Assembly (NCBI GenBank): GCA_030390025.1
Contig: CM059433.1
Location: 17,982,001-18,046,000 of the forward strand
Direction of reading: 5' to 3'
DNA from: Squalus acanthias
Taxonomy: Eukaryota
DNA length: 64,000 nucleotides
This document shows positions 51,213 through 63,242 of the stretch, piece by piece; positions within the stretch are counted from its first letter, which is position 1; each line of letters begins with the position of its first letter. The position numbers and the translations under genes were made by a program. The notes beneath the pieces were generated by a model, which worked only from the letters and a program-made list of their open reading frames with translations, ran no database searches and was not told where the DNA came from.

Positions 51213-51391
51213 TGATAGAATGAGTAGGTTAACTTAACAGACAGGTGATTTGAGCCAATCACTCTTTTCAGATGTAATGCCCTGCAGACATGTACCCTAC
51301 GCAAGAATTTATAACAGATGTAACACCTCAGAACATTGAATATTAATTGATTAGGAAATTGTTTCCTTAAGATGATGTATATAAAATCTTT

Positions 51392-52085
51392 GGTCTAGAG
51401 AGTCAATGGCACCGCACCCATTTTTCAGCTGCAAAATGGGTGCCTAAGCATCCAATATGGTGGGCGGGGAGCGCGTGCTCATTATGCCCTGGAAATGTGC
51501 CACCCGCCATATTGGTAAAGGCAGAAAAAGAGGCATCCAGAGCCTGCGCCTGAAGCAGGTGTTAGGCCTTTTGTATATGCAAATAGGGATCCTAACAACT
51601 GTTTGAGGCCCCCTTTACAAAATTGAGCTGCCCTGAACATGGTTTATTTACGGCCTAGCCAGTGATTCTTAAAGGGGCCGCTGGTGGCTGCCACCAAAAA
51701 GGTAAGTTTTTAAAAAAATATCTGAATGGGAAGCCAAGCGGGGAGCAGTCCATTGCCGGCTGCCGCTTGGTCCCCTCTCCAGTTCGCCTTTCTCCCCTCT
51801 CCCAATCACCACTCCCCCGATCGCCCCCCCCCCTCACGAACACATTCTCCCTTCCGATCGCAGCCCCCTCCCTGCCGATGGCCTCCCATCCAATCGTTTG
51901 CCCCCCCGCTTCTCCCAGGACCTACCTGAAATGGAATCCTCTTCGCCAGCGAGCTGCCTGGAAACGGCAAACCAGGCATCTGCAGCTCCCCGGCCTCATG
52001 TAAATGTGTTCTGAGGCCCAATATCATGTGTGCTTCGGGCCTTCCCGTTCCGATGCAGGGATCGGCGTGAACCAATTTCTAGGCC
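51392..52085. mobile_element. Harbinger-type MITE
   Basis: Right TIR CCAATTTCTAGGCC; degenerate left end GGTCTAGAGAGT. Confidence 0.6.
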
Positions 52086-52196
52086 TATGTGTCAAGTGCC
52101 GTGTGGCGTGCCTTCACTGTCCTTATACTCACAGTGTGATTTTTCTTTGAGATTTACAGCAAATATAATAACCTTCCTTACTCTTCTTCTCAACAG

Positions 52197-52555
52197 TAAC
52201 TTGCACTAATTATAAAAAGACCCCGCCACCTGTACCCCCACGAACCACATCCAAGCCGGTGATTTCAGTGACAGCCCAGAGCAGTACAGAATCAACTCAG
52301 GATGCATATCACGAGAACCGGGCTCAGAGGAGCACCCCATGGCCCCAAGAAGGCAGGATCATTTATAACTCGACGGAAAGCCTGGACAGTACGAAGGCAG
52401 TCAACATTGCACTGGAGTCAGCTGCTGCCCAGCATCATGCTATCAATAACAGCAAAAGCAGCATGGTTTTAACCAGAGACAAGGCCATCTTAACCCTAGA
52501 TGTGACAAAGGCAGAACAGTACCTAAAGAATCGGCGGTCCTCCATCGGGATTCAG
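52197..52555 (+). CDS. DLGAP2: DLGAP2 (SAPAP2/GKAP family) internal coding exon
   Basis: Acceptor ctcttcttctcaacAG and donor CAG|gtaac. Translates (V)TCTNYKKTPPPVPPRTTSKPVISVTAQSSTESTQDAYHENRAQRSTPWPQE...RSSIGIQ, matching recalled DLGAP2 rather than DLGAP1. Starts phase 1, ends phase 0. Confidence 0.95.
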
Positions 52556-54299
52556 GTAACCTGTCACTAACATCTCCTATCTGTGGCAAATCGGACGCAC
52601 AACTACTGTAACTAGCACTGAATGAGGCACACAGATCAGCTGTTACTCAGATGCACCCTGAGCATGTGCTGTAATCTGCATCAGAGCAAAACCAATGGCA
52701 AAATTACACAGCATTAAGAAAAAGGAAACTCAGCATAATAGCTGAAGGGAAAGAAGGTTAGTCTAAAATCACATTTCAAACAGAATCTGTCATCAAATAA
52801 AATAATAAAGGGATCTTTAGTCAGTGGATTTTCTAATTTTTCAACCAGTAATTACTTGTAGTTAATTAATGTATTTTGTATAATTTTTTTGTAACTTTTC
52901 CCCCTCTTTCGATATCAATAGTTTTGTTTTCATCCCACTTATTAATTCATCTAAATCCTGTGCTGTTCCCCACTGAGAAGGTTTTCCCAACTCTGTAATG
53001 CCACTCGAGAGTCAGTGGCGAGTGAGCACAAGACGCCTACCCACACTGACTCTCCTTCCTCCTGGTGAGGCAATGTCTGGCTTGCACATACTCCATCCCA
53101 TTGACAGGATAGTCGAGAGCTGGAACGTGGGGAATCCTGAGAATCACCTAGTACTGTACATTCTAGTACAGCACTCGGAAACACCAGCAGAGATTTTGCC
53201 AGGCCTGTGCCCAGGTGCACTGGGTGCAGCAAATATCGGCGACTTGGGCGGGTCAGTGCACACCTCTGTGGAGGAGCCTGACCGATTTTCCTCCATTTAA
53301 ATGAATGGGTGCAGACCCTCTGCCAACACAGTGGGCCAATGCACCACTTTAAATCACGTGAACATGACAGAATCTATGACAGCATGATCATAGTCATTCA
53401 ATAGTATTAGTAAAAAGAGAGGCTTGCCATCATAGATACTGCTATCACCGTTGCCAACAACTTGGATAATTCTTCAGTTGTTACTTGTCGTGATGTGGTT
53501 TTTGTTTATAAAAGTGTTTGTTTCTATTCTATTGTACTATTATTAAATCATTGTTTTAAATAGTACATTGGTGACCTGTCGCATAAATCCCCTAAAGGGC
53601 TAGGACATAGTCTGAGGCCTTCAATTCAGCACATGGCAGGTTCTTGCCTGAGTTTTTAGGAGGAGGCTACTAAGCAGCAGCTCCACGGGGAGAGAAGGAA
53701 AATTGAAGGTGAGTCACCCTGGGCTGATTTTGTGTACCTCTTCATGCCTGGTCACAGAGCAGGTTTGGCAAGAAGCCAGGGAGCAGGTTGGGAGCCTGCT
53801 CTCTGTCCACCAATTGCTAAAGCACAGAATGCACAGCCAATAATATCAGGGCTTCTCATTTCTTCTGTTGACGGTTCACCTGTTGGGCTGGGATTCTCAA
53901 CAGAAGTGACTTAATCATTTATAGATGCTAGAACGCCAAAACATGTTAGAGGTTAGATTTCTTTTTTCAAATGATTGATTGTCAGATTCTTGAGCTTGCA
54001 GGAAAAAGCAAATAGAAGTATAAAAATATTTTTCCAGTTCTAGTTTGAAGTGAATTACCATGACGAGTAGTACATTAGGTTACTGTACTATCTATCATCT
54101 TTCTGCTTAGAAACCTCCGTCACATTCAAAGTCTGAAGTGGTGATGGAGTGTGTGCTGACTTGAAAGCACATTTGAGATGGGAACAATGTGATACTGAAG
54201 TGAGAATATGTGACCTCAAAGTGAGGAGATAGTGCATTAAATCCAAGGAAATTATGCCACATGGGTTTGTCAAAAAAAACTCAGCATTTTCTGAGCTTA

Positions 54300-56940
54300 T
54301 TGAAAATAGCTAAACAAGAGGAGGTGTCACAGATAAAGACGTTGGACTGGAAATTAGTTAATTTCAGTGGAATGAAAGTGGACCTGGGCCAAATTAATTG
54401 TTTGGATAAAACGGCATATGAACAGCGACCAGTGGAAGTAATTTAAAGACAAGATGGATATGGTACAAGTTAAATACACAGCAACTAGGCTGTGTCAAAG
54501 TCTGGAGATCCATGGATAAATTGAGAGGTTAAAGCAGCAATGAGTTTAAAAAGGAGGAGTATCGGAAATAATACAGAAAAAAATCAATGAGACGTATACA
54601 AAATAGAGAGAGAAAGCAAAAAGGTGGATTAAGAAGGCTAAGAGGGAAATGAAAGAAGATTGGCAATCAACATAAAGGGAAATGGCCTAAGCTTTTTATA
54701 ACTTCAAGGACTGAAGGGGGACATCAAGTAAGTGCAGGAATGACAGATGTTTAATAAGTATTTTGTCTCAGCATTTACAGAAGAAGATGAAAGTGGCACT
54801 GTAGGAATACCTGAAGAGGATGTAGAAGAGCCATGATTGGAGATAAATATTCAAAGGGGCAATGTGTTAAACAAGTTACTGAGATTTAAAGTAGAAAAGT
54901 CACCAAGTCCAGATAGAATGAATTTCAGAATACTGCAGGGAAGGAGATAACAGAGGCACTAATCATTATTCTCCAATAATCTTCAGAAGCAGGAATAATG
55001 CCATCGGATTGCATGGCGGGAATGTTACACCCCACGCTCAAGGAAAGGGAAAGCAATAAGCCAGAAATTATAGACCAGTTAGTTTTACCTGGATTGTGGA
55101 TAAACTTCTAGGCCAGGAATTTTCCCCTAAAAAAACAGGTGGGTTTGGAGCGTGGGGGCAGTTACAGTGGTAAAAATGGGATTCCCGACCTGATCCCGCC
55201 TCCAACCCGCCCACTTCCGGTTTTACCGGAGGCGGGACGGGGCGGGGCGGGAGGTGTGCGACCAACCCACTACCAGGGGTCATTACCTCAATTTAAATAT
55301 TGTAATAAGGCTGGAAGCCTCTTTTTCCCCTCTATTTTGTGTTTAACTGAATGGGGACGGGTTTCACACAATTTGTGAAACCCGGCAGTTAAACAAAGGC
55401 GGTGACTGATGGATCCAGGTGGTAAGTGGCTTTATACCTACCTTCTGGATTCATGGTCCCAACCATACCCACCCTCCACGATCGGAGACCCTCCCACCCC
55501 CCCGGGCCTCCGATCACCTTCCCAGGCCTCCCCCCCACCGGTGATGATGAGGTCGGCCACAATCCTCCGGTGGCAGGCCTCGATCCTCTCTCTCCCCCCC
55601 CCCCCCCCCAACCCCCGCCGATCTCCGGCCAACGCCACCCCCCGCGATCCCCGGCCGACCCCGTTCCCGATCCCTGGCCGACCCTCCCCCCCTCTCGATC
55701 CCTGGCTGATTCCCCCCCACCCCCGCTGTGATCCACGACCCCTGCCAATGCTCTCTCCTCCCTGCCTCTAAAGCTGGCTGGCTGCGGGCGGGAATCCAAG
55801 GCCTCACATTCAAATCACGCCCTGCCGTTAAAGTCGGTGGGACCTGCAGGAAACTCGGCCTCCCGGGTTTCCCGCCCGCCTCAGAGGCTCCCCGCCCCCA
55901 ACCTGCCCGTCTGGGGAAAATTCCGGCCCCAGATTCTGTATTGCTGGATGAAATTAGTGAACCTTTGGAAATGCATTGAGCTCATCAAAAGCAGTACGCA
56001 TGGATTTGCAAAGAAAAGATTTTGACTGATTAATTGAATTTTTTGAGGAAAAAACAGTGCATAGATTAAGGGAATATCGTGGATATTATAAAGCTGGACT
56101 TTCAAAAGACATTTGATAGGTGCCAGATAAGAGGCATATTACAGCAATTAAGGCACATCGTAATAAAGGCAAGGGTGCCTTAGACCTGAAAATTCAGCTC
56201 CTGGAAATCCTATTTGTGCTTATATTCCTTATTTGCTTGTTTACCCTGTTTGAATTTTGTTGGTTTGAGGTTTTGAAAGTGCTGGTGGATTAATCCTAAA
56301 TCAGAACACCAAGATCTGTTGCTGTCAACCGCTCGAAATATATGTAAACTAACGGGGTGGCCCTTCCAAGGCTCCGTGATATGCACCTATGAAGTCCACA
56401 AAGACAAAAGTTAGGACACCGGAATTAAAGCTGCATGGATAGAGAGGTGACCAGAGGACAGGAAGCAAAGAGTTGGGGTAATTGGACATTGCTTAGAATG
56501 TGGGTAGTGACGTGTGCCCCTGGGATCTGTGCTGGGACTTCTTTTGTTTTCTGTTTAATTAAATAAGTTGGGGACAGATGTAGAAGAGGAATGATAATGC
56601 AGTTTGCTGATGATAATAAATTAGGAAGCATGGTAAACTGTGAGGAAGAATCGGTAGCAAGGGGGCATAGATTAAGAAGAAGAATGAAGGGGAAGATAGA
56701 ATTATTTATTTCACACAGAAGGTTGTTAGAACATGGAATGCTTTACTACCGTGCCTACTGAAGCAGAGTTGATAAGATCATTTAGACTGGAATTGGATAG
56801 TATTTGAAAAGGAAGAATGTGAGAAGGTGCAGGGAATTGGGCTGAGATTAGATAGCTCCAGTTAATGAGATAGCACTGACAAAAGCACGATGGGCTGAAT
56901 AATCTCTCTCTGTGCTGCAATTGTTATGATTCTATGATTT
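54300..56940 (+). mobile_element. Old decayed CR1 LINE
   Basis: Relic KSPSPD, NYRPVS, DFQKTFD, FADD motifs; ATTCTATG tail directly upstream of the 56970 exon. Confidence 0.8.
55111..55928. mobile_element. Harbinger-type MITE nested in the old CR1
   Basis: TIR GGCCAGGAATTTTCCCC / GGGGAAAATTCCGGCC; flanks CTA/CCA; C-rich interior. Confidence 0.8.
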
Positions 56941-56969
56941 GTGCAACCTGACTGTGTTTATTGGACCAG

Positions 56970-57064
56970 GTGGATGCCGTGGAGACAGCAACAGACTCAG
57001 ATACAGACAGCAGAGGCCTTCGGGAGTACCACTCAGTGGGCGTGCAGGTTGAAGACGAAAAACG
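56970..57064 (+). CDS. DLGAP2: DLGAP2 95-nt coding exon (not in ORF track)
   Basis: ccAG|GTGGATGCC...AAACG|gtaatt; VDAVETATDSDTDSRGLREYHSVGVQVEDEKR. Phase 0 to 2, compatible with both neighbouring exons. Confidence 0.95.
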
Positions 57065-57356
57065 GTAATTGAAGCATGAAATGAGAGCTCCTGCAAAATA
57101 AACAATCTGCTTTTTATTTAAACAAACGGCAGGGTAAACATCTGGCCAAAAAAGACTCAGTTGCTAAGGAGATTTAGAAAGGAAATGTAAATAGGGACTA
57201 GTAAATTCCAAGTTGTGTTTCACTGCAGCGTTAATAAAGTCCCATGCTGATTGAGAAAGATCTATAATTAAGAAGTTATGGTCAGTGCTTTTTTTCAGGG
57301 GTGATTTGCAGTGTTGAGCCAAGCTCAATTATCCCAAAGCAGATGTTGAACTCTAT

Positions 57357-58862
57357 GGGCCAGAAATTCAACTTTCAGGCTTCCTGCGGGTGCAAGCATC
57401 GCGCGCGTACTTGCCTACCGCGCCTGCAGTTGTGCTTTGGGCCCACGAGGACTTCGGCTCCTTGGACTCCTCCAGCTGCCGGCGCGCAGTGCTTGTGTAT
57501 CCCAGGGGCGCAGTTAGTTCGAAGCGTCCCCTGGGATCACGTGGGCCATGGAGAGCCAATCCTAGCAGGGCATTTTCATTCATAGATTTGACAGGAAGGC
57601 CCCAAAACCACACTTAAACTTCAAATAATTTTTTTTTAAAACATCACATTTTTAAAATAACAATGTCCCGAAAATTAGACCTAATACGCGAGAGTACGCA
57701 CTGTGTACTCTCGCATTTTAGGTCTCCAATTGCCAGTTTCCTGCATGCACTGCGCATGCGCGGGAAACCGGCACTTCGTGAATTCAAAAGGGGGCGGTTC
57801 CTAAGTGAACCACGTGCGCGCTACAGGCTGCGCGCACGCAGTGCACTTAGTTATTTTTGCAGCTTTGAACGCACAGGTAAGCATGGAAGATTTTACACAT
57901 GAAGAAAGGAGGCGTAAGACCCTCTTTTAACAAGGTAAGTAGTTAATTAAGTATTATCTTAAATTTTTTTCAACAGGTTTATCTTTTTTAGAGACTTTAA
58001 AGAAAGGTAAGTTTATTTTTATAACTTTTAAAAAGATTTTAAATTTTTTCAAAAATTTTATTTTTTGTTTAAAGTGGTTAATTTATTTAACTATACTTAT
58101 TTTATTAATGTGATGGCTTTTTTTTTAAATTTAATTGAGGTTTAGCTGTTCTTTTGGGGGTGTGTAGGATTCATAGCTTTGACAGCTCTTGCTGTGAAAA
58201 CTATGAATGAAAGATGGTGTGCTGCCATTGGCTCTAACTGAATCACGTGATCCCAGAGCTCGCACGAACTAATTGCGTCTCTGGGTCACGCAAGCACTGC
58301 ACAGCTGCATGTGGGACTGGCCTTGAAACTAAAGTTCGTGTGGGCCCGGAGGAAAAAGGTAGGCGCGGAGTGAGATATCGCGGGGAAGCCTTACCCCCGC
58401 GGGAACACTCACTGTTTAATTTCTGGGCCTATAAGTTAAATAAATTAACTACTTTAAACAAAAATTAAAATTTTTGAAAAAATTAATTATACTTTGCAAC
58501 GGTGCTAAAAATAAACTTACCTTTCTTTAAAGTATCTAAAAAAGATAAACCTGTTGAAAACATTTTTAAATTGTAATTAATTAACCACTTACCTTGTTAA
58601 AAACAGGCCTTGCGCCTCCTTTTTAAAAGTGCAGCTTCTTCATACTTACCTTCCCGGAGAAACCTGAAAAAAAAATCGAAGTTTGCTGCGTGCGCGCAGC
58701 CTCTCCCACGCACGCGTTCGACTTCTGAACCCCTCCCTTCAGGGGAACGGAAGTTCCGGTTTCCCGCGCATGCGCAGTGCATGCAGGAAACCGGCACTTC
58801 AGATGGCCTTACAGGTGAGTACACAGCGCGTACTCACCCGACAACAGCCGAATTTCTGGCCC
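57357..58862. mobile_element. Harbinger-type MITE containing an inverted same-family copy (about 57665-58428)
   Basis: Perfect 13-bp TIR GGGCCAGAAATTC; TSD TAT; internal inverted blocks. Confidence 0.85.
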
Positions 58863-58964
58863 TATATGCTTGAGGCAAATGCAGGCAAAAGAGGGCCACT
58901 GTCTGAGGCTGAACCAGACTGTTCACAACCTTGTCGTCCTATTTGACCCTGAGCTAAGTTTCTG

Positions 58965-59635
58965 ACCCCATATCTTCCCCATCACCAAGACCGCCTACTT
59001 CCACCTCCGTAACATCGCCCGTCTCCGCCTCTGCCTCAGCTCATCTGCTGCTGAAACCCTCATCCATGGCTTTGTTGCCGCTAGACTCAACTTTTCGAAT
59101 GCTTTCCCGACCGGCCTCCCACCTTACACCCTCCGTACACTTGAGATCATCCAAAAGTCTGATGCCTTTATCCAAACTCGCACCAAGTCCCATTCACCCT
59201 GTACTTGCTGACCTACATTGATTCCCAGTCTTGCAACGCCTCAATTTAAAAATTATCACCATTGTTTTCAACCCCCCCCCCCCATGGCCTCGCTGCTCCC
59301 TATATCTGTAATCTCCTTCAGCCCTACAAACCTCCGAGATCTCTGCGCACCCCCTATTTTAATTGCTCCACCATTGGCGGCCGTGCCTTCAGCTGCCTGG
59401 ACCCTGAGCTCTGGAATTCCCTCCCTAAGCCTCTCCGCCTCTCTTTCCTCCTTTAAGTCGGTCCTTAAAACCTACCTCTTTGACCAAGCTTTTGGTCACC
59501 TGCCCTAATATCTCCTTATGTGGCTCTTCTTTGGCTCGGTGTCAAATCTTGTTTGATAACGCTCCTATGATGTGCCTTGGGGCGTTTTACTATCTTAAAG
59601 GCGCTATATAAATGCAAGTTAATGTTGTTGTTGTT
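58965..59635 (+). mobile_element. L2-clade LINE 3' end
   Basis: KTAYFHLRNIARLR, ETLIHGFV..RL, LWNSLPKPLR; tail gcgctatataaatgcaagtt(gtt)n. Confidence 0.9.
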
Positions 59636-60489
59636 TAAAAATAATATTTATGTTATTGAAAAGAACTTTACTCACGGAACTTTTTTTAAAAAGACCTTTA
59701 ACGGATGATATAATCGGTTTAAGATTCCACTATATACTTGGCCTCAGGGCATCCTGCTGCTTAGAGAAAGAACGAAAAAGTCATTGGAACCATGGTTAAC
59801 ATTAAAAAAAAATTCTCAAAATTCTGTGGATTAGCAAGAAGATGGAATGATCCGAAAGCCATCAGACTCGTTTCTAAGCAGCAACACTTGAATTATTTAT
59901 GTGAGGAATTACAGTTGTTCTGTTTATCAGCTGGTGGCACTAAAGCAATTCTGAATGAAAAATGAAAACTAGTTCATTCCCACGTTGATTACATGGGGAA
60001 ATAACATAAACGCAGTAAAACTGTAATGTCAGATATTATTCAAAATGACAATAAAACCTTAACACCGATAGCATTTTTAACCCTTTGAGGGCTGAACAGT
60101 TCGTTCAGGCTTTTGAAATGCAACTTCCTTTTCTCATTCATAAGGCAAACTGATTCTTATTTTATATATGTGTGTATGCGGATTGCTCAAGTTGAGCATT
60201 AAAAAGTAGAATTGAAGCAATGCACGTACCTAAAGGACGTGATTTCATCTGGTGATCTGCAAATCAATGTGCTCTTACCACTGCAGTCTTCAAAGCTTAA
60301 ATAATAATTATGTGAATAAAGTGGAAAATTCGAACCTACTTGTATTAAGGTGCAGAATTCTAACCTGAAAAGCAGGATTTTCTAATGCAATAGACAGTTT
60401 GACTGACATGCTATATCAGGTGCTAGCAGAAGAAACTCATTTCCTCTATCCATTTATTTAGTAGCTTATCAGTTCGTTCTGTTTTCCAG

Positions 60490-60905
60490 GCGTGGGCGAT
60501 TTAAGCGTTCAAACAGTGTGACAGCCAGTGTGCAGGCTGACCTTGAACTAGAAGGGTTTCCTAGTCCGGTTGCCACCGAGGACAAGGCACTTCAGTTTGG
60601 TTCCTCATTCCAGCGCCACTCTGAGCCCAGCACCCCTACCCAATACACTGCACTCAGAACTGTGCGCACGCAAGGTCTGCTGAGCTACAGAGAGGACTAT
60701 CGAACGCCCATTGACACATCCAATTTCCCACCACCGGATCCATGGCTGGAATCTACCCATCAACCTGTGGAAGCTGGCCGAATGTCTCCCTGTCGAAGGG
60801 ATGGGCAATGGTTCATGAAGCTGCTGCATGCAGAAACAAAGAGGATGGAGGGATGGTGTAAGCAGATGGAGAGAGAAGCAGAGGAGAATGACCTGTCGGA
60901 AGAAA
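60490..60905 (+). CDS. DLGAP2: DLGAP2 coding exon entering the GKAP homology (GH1) domain
   Basis: gttttccAG|GCGTGGG...GAAGAAA|gtaag; RGRFKRSNSVTASVQADLELEGFP...PPPDPWLE...RRDGQWFMKLLHAETKRMEGWCKQMEREAEENDLSEE. Phase 2 to 1. Confidence 0.96.
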
Positions 60906-61231
60906 GTAAGAATACCAGCTTTTGTTGTCTTCTCAAGAATAAGTGTAACTTTCCATGAAACATGCCTCAAGTTGGGTCAGGACAGGCAATTAAATATTCT
61001 GCAGTTAAAACACTTTGAGGATGGCTAGGGAAATAGGAAAGGGAAGAATGGAGGTGATACCACTTAGAGACACTATTGTATATAATATCCACCATATTCC
61101 CTCAATCTATGCATTGTGATAGCCTCAAAGAATTCAATTAATTAATCCCAATCTTCTCTTTGCAATTCCCTGATTAGCCCCATACCCTTCCAAGGGTTTA
61201 CTAATTTCATCTTGTCATATAAACTCTAGGC

Positions 61232-61512
61232 GGGGAAAAATTGGGTTGAGGGGCGTTAACGGGCCGCAAGTCCCCTAGTGCCCGGGCGAGGCGCCGCTAA
61301 CGCCTCCCGCGAAATTCAGCGGGAGGTTAGCGGCGGCGGTAGCCGGTAGCGCCCCGCGGCACTGCACTGCCGACGATGACGTCACGCCGTGTGCAGTGCC
61401 CCGCTCGCACCCGTCCGAAAACATGGGTTGCGCCACCTGACCTATCGCCAGACGATATGTCCGACAGGGTCAGGTTGGCGTTTTTGCAGCCACGGCGGCG
61501 CTACTTAAAAGG
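61232..61512. mobile_element. Harbinger terminal fragment related to 41557-41870
   Basis: GGGGAAAAATTGGG terminus; 'gcctcccgcgaaattcagcgggag' nearly matches the 41650 region; followed by a family B tail (61515-61716). Confidence 0.7.
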
Positions 61513-62348
61513 CAGTATATCGCCGATCCTTCATCATCGCTGGGTCAAAATCCTGGAACTCCCTCCCTAACAGCACTGTGGGAGTACCTTCACCACACGG
61601 ACTGCAGCGGTTCAAGAAGACGGCTCACCTCCACCTTCTCAAGGGCAACTAGGGATGGGCAATAAATGCTGGCCTTGCCAGCGACGCCCACATCTCATGA
61701 ACAAATAAAAAATAAAATTCTGACATTCATGCTATCTGGACCTGGTGACTTTTCAACTTTAGTCTCAATAACTTGTTTAATACATTACCCTTTTTGAATA
61801 TTTATCTCCAATAGTGGCTCTTTTATACCCTCTTCAGGTATCCCACTTTCGTCTTCCTCTCTCAACACTAAGACACAATACTTAAGCAGCTTTGCTATTC
61901 CCTCACTTTCAAATACAAGTTGTCACCCCCTTTTTGCCTTGTACTTATAAAAGCCTTAGGATATTTCTCTTTATATTGATTGCCAGTCCTCTTTCATTCT
62001 TGCTCTTAGCCTTCTTAATCCGCCTTTTTGCATTCTTTTTGTAGGCTATATATTTCTCATGGATCTTTTTTCATTATTTATGATACTCCTCCTTTTTAAA
62101 CTAATTAGCCTGTGATTTGTGGTCAGTGGCGAAGCAAAGGCGTTCGCCACTGGCCTCGGAGTAAGCTTCCCACAAAGATCTCGCGATCTCTGTGGCGAGA
62201 GGTTCGGCTTTTCCGACGTGCAATTTTAAATCAATGCAAGTTAGTGGGGAATCCCTAACGTGAGCTGCTGTGACGTCAACACACTATCTAAGCAGCCAAT
62301 CAAAATGTAGAATTCTTACAGACAGCGAACCAGGAAATGAGTAAGCTC

Positions 62349-63242
62349 TAATACAAAAATAAAATACTGTAGATGCTGGAAATCTGAAGATAAAGCAGCT
62401 GAAGATGGTTGGGCCTAGGATACTGCCCTGAGGAACTCCTGCAGCGATGTCCTGGGGCTGTGATGATTAACCTGCAATCACCACAACCATCTTCCTTTGT
62501 GTTAGGTATGACTCCAGAGTGGGAGTGGAGCGGTGAATTAAAGTGACAGGCGACTGGAAGCTCGGGGTCCCCCTTACGGACTGAACGGAGGTGTTCCGCA
62601 AAGATTGGGTGACCGCTTTGTGGAACACCTCCGTTCAGTCCGTAAGGGGGACCCCGAGCTCCCGGTGGCCTGTCACTTTAATTCACCGCTCCACTCCCAC
62701 TCAGACCTCACCGTCCTCGGCCTCTTGCATTGTTCCACGGAAGCTCAGCGTAAGCTCGAGGAACAGCACCTCATCTTTCGATTAGGCACTTTACAGCCTT
62801 CTGGACTCAACATAGAGTTCAACAATTTCAGATCATAACCTCGGCCCCTATCATATATATATATATATTTTTATCCACACTCTTTGTCTGTCTTTTTTCT
62901 TCTCCCCCACATGGCAGCTGTCTTTCATTCTGCCAGCGCAATTTACACTTCATCTAGAGCCATCCTTTGTTTCTTAACCTGTCCCATTACCATCTCCTTT
63001 TGTCTTGAATGTCTCTTAATGTCTCTCTTCCACCTTCTATCCTATCACAGGCCTTCCCTTTTGTTCTTTCATCCCCTCCCCCCTTTCCCAGCCTCTACAC
63101 TTGCTTAAAAATCTGTTCCATTTCCTGCTTTTTTTCCAGTTCTGACGAAAGGTCATCGACCTGAAACGTTAACTCTGTTTCTCTCTTCACAGATGCCGCC
63201 TGACCTGAATTTCTCCAGCATTTTCTGTTTTTATTTCAAATT
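62349..63242 (+). mobile_element. Penelope-like retroelement 3' fragment (GIY-YIG C-terminus plus pLTR)
   Basis: GDRFVEHLRSV...PVACHFNS..HS...RKLEEQHLIFRLGTLQPSGLN; 9-bp TSD AGTAAGCTC at 62340-62348 and 63243-63251. Confidence 0.88.
63138..63174 (+). ncRNA. Minimal type I hammerhead ribozyme motif
   Basis: AGUU-CUGACGA-A-AGGUC auc GACCU-GAAAC-GUU-AACU: both core boxes, stem I and stem II present. Confidence 0.78.

Noticed and set aside
52970..53070. Possible extra DLGAP2 cassette exon ending CTG|gtgagg
   Set aside because: The phase-0 frame from nearby AGs hits TAA and the peptide does not resemble DLGAP2.
55389..55813. Overlapping Pro- or Gly-rich ORFs
   Set aside because: Artefact of the C-rich MITE interior.
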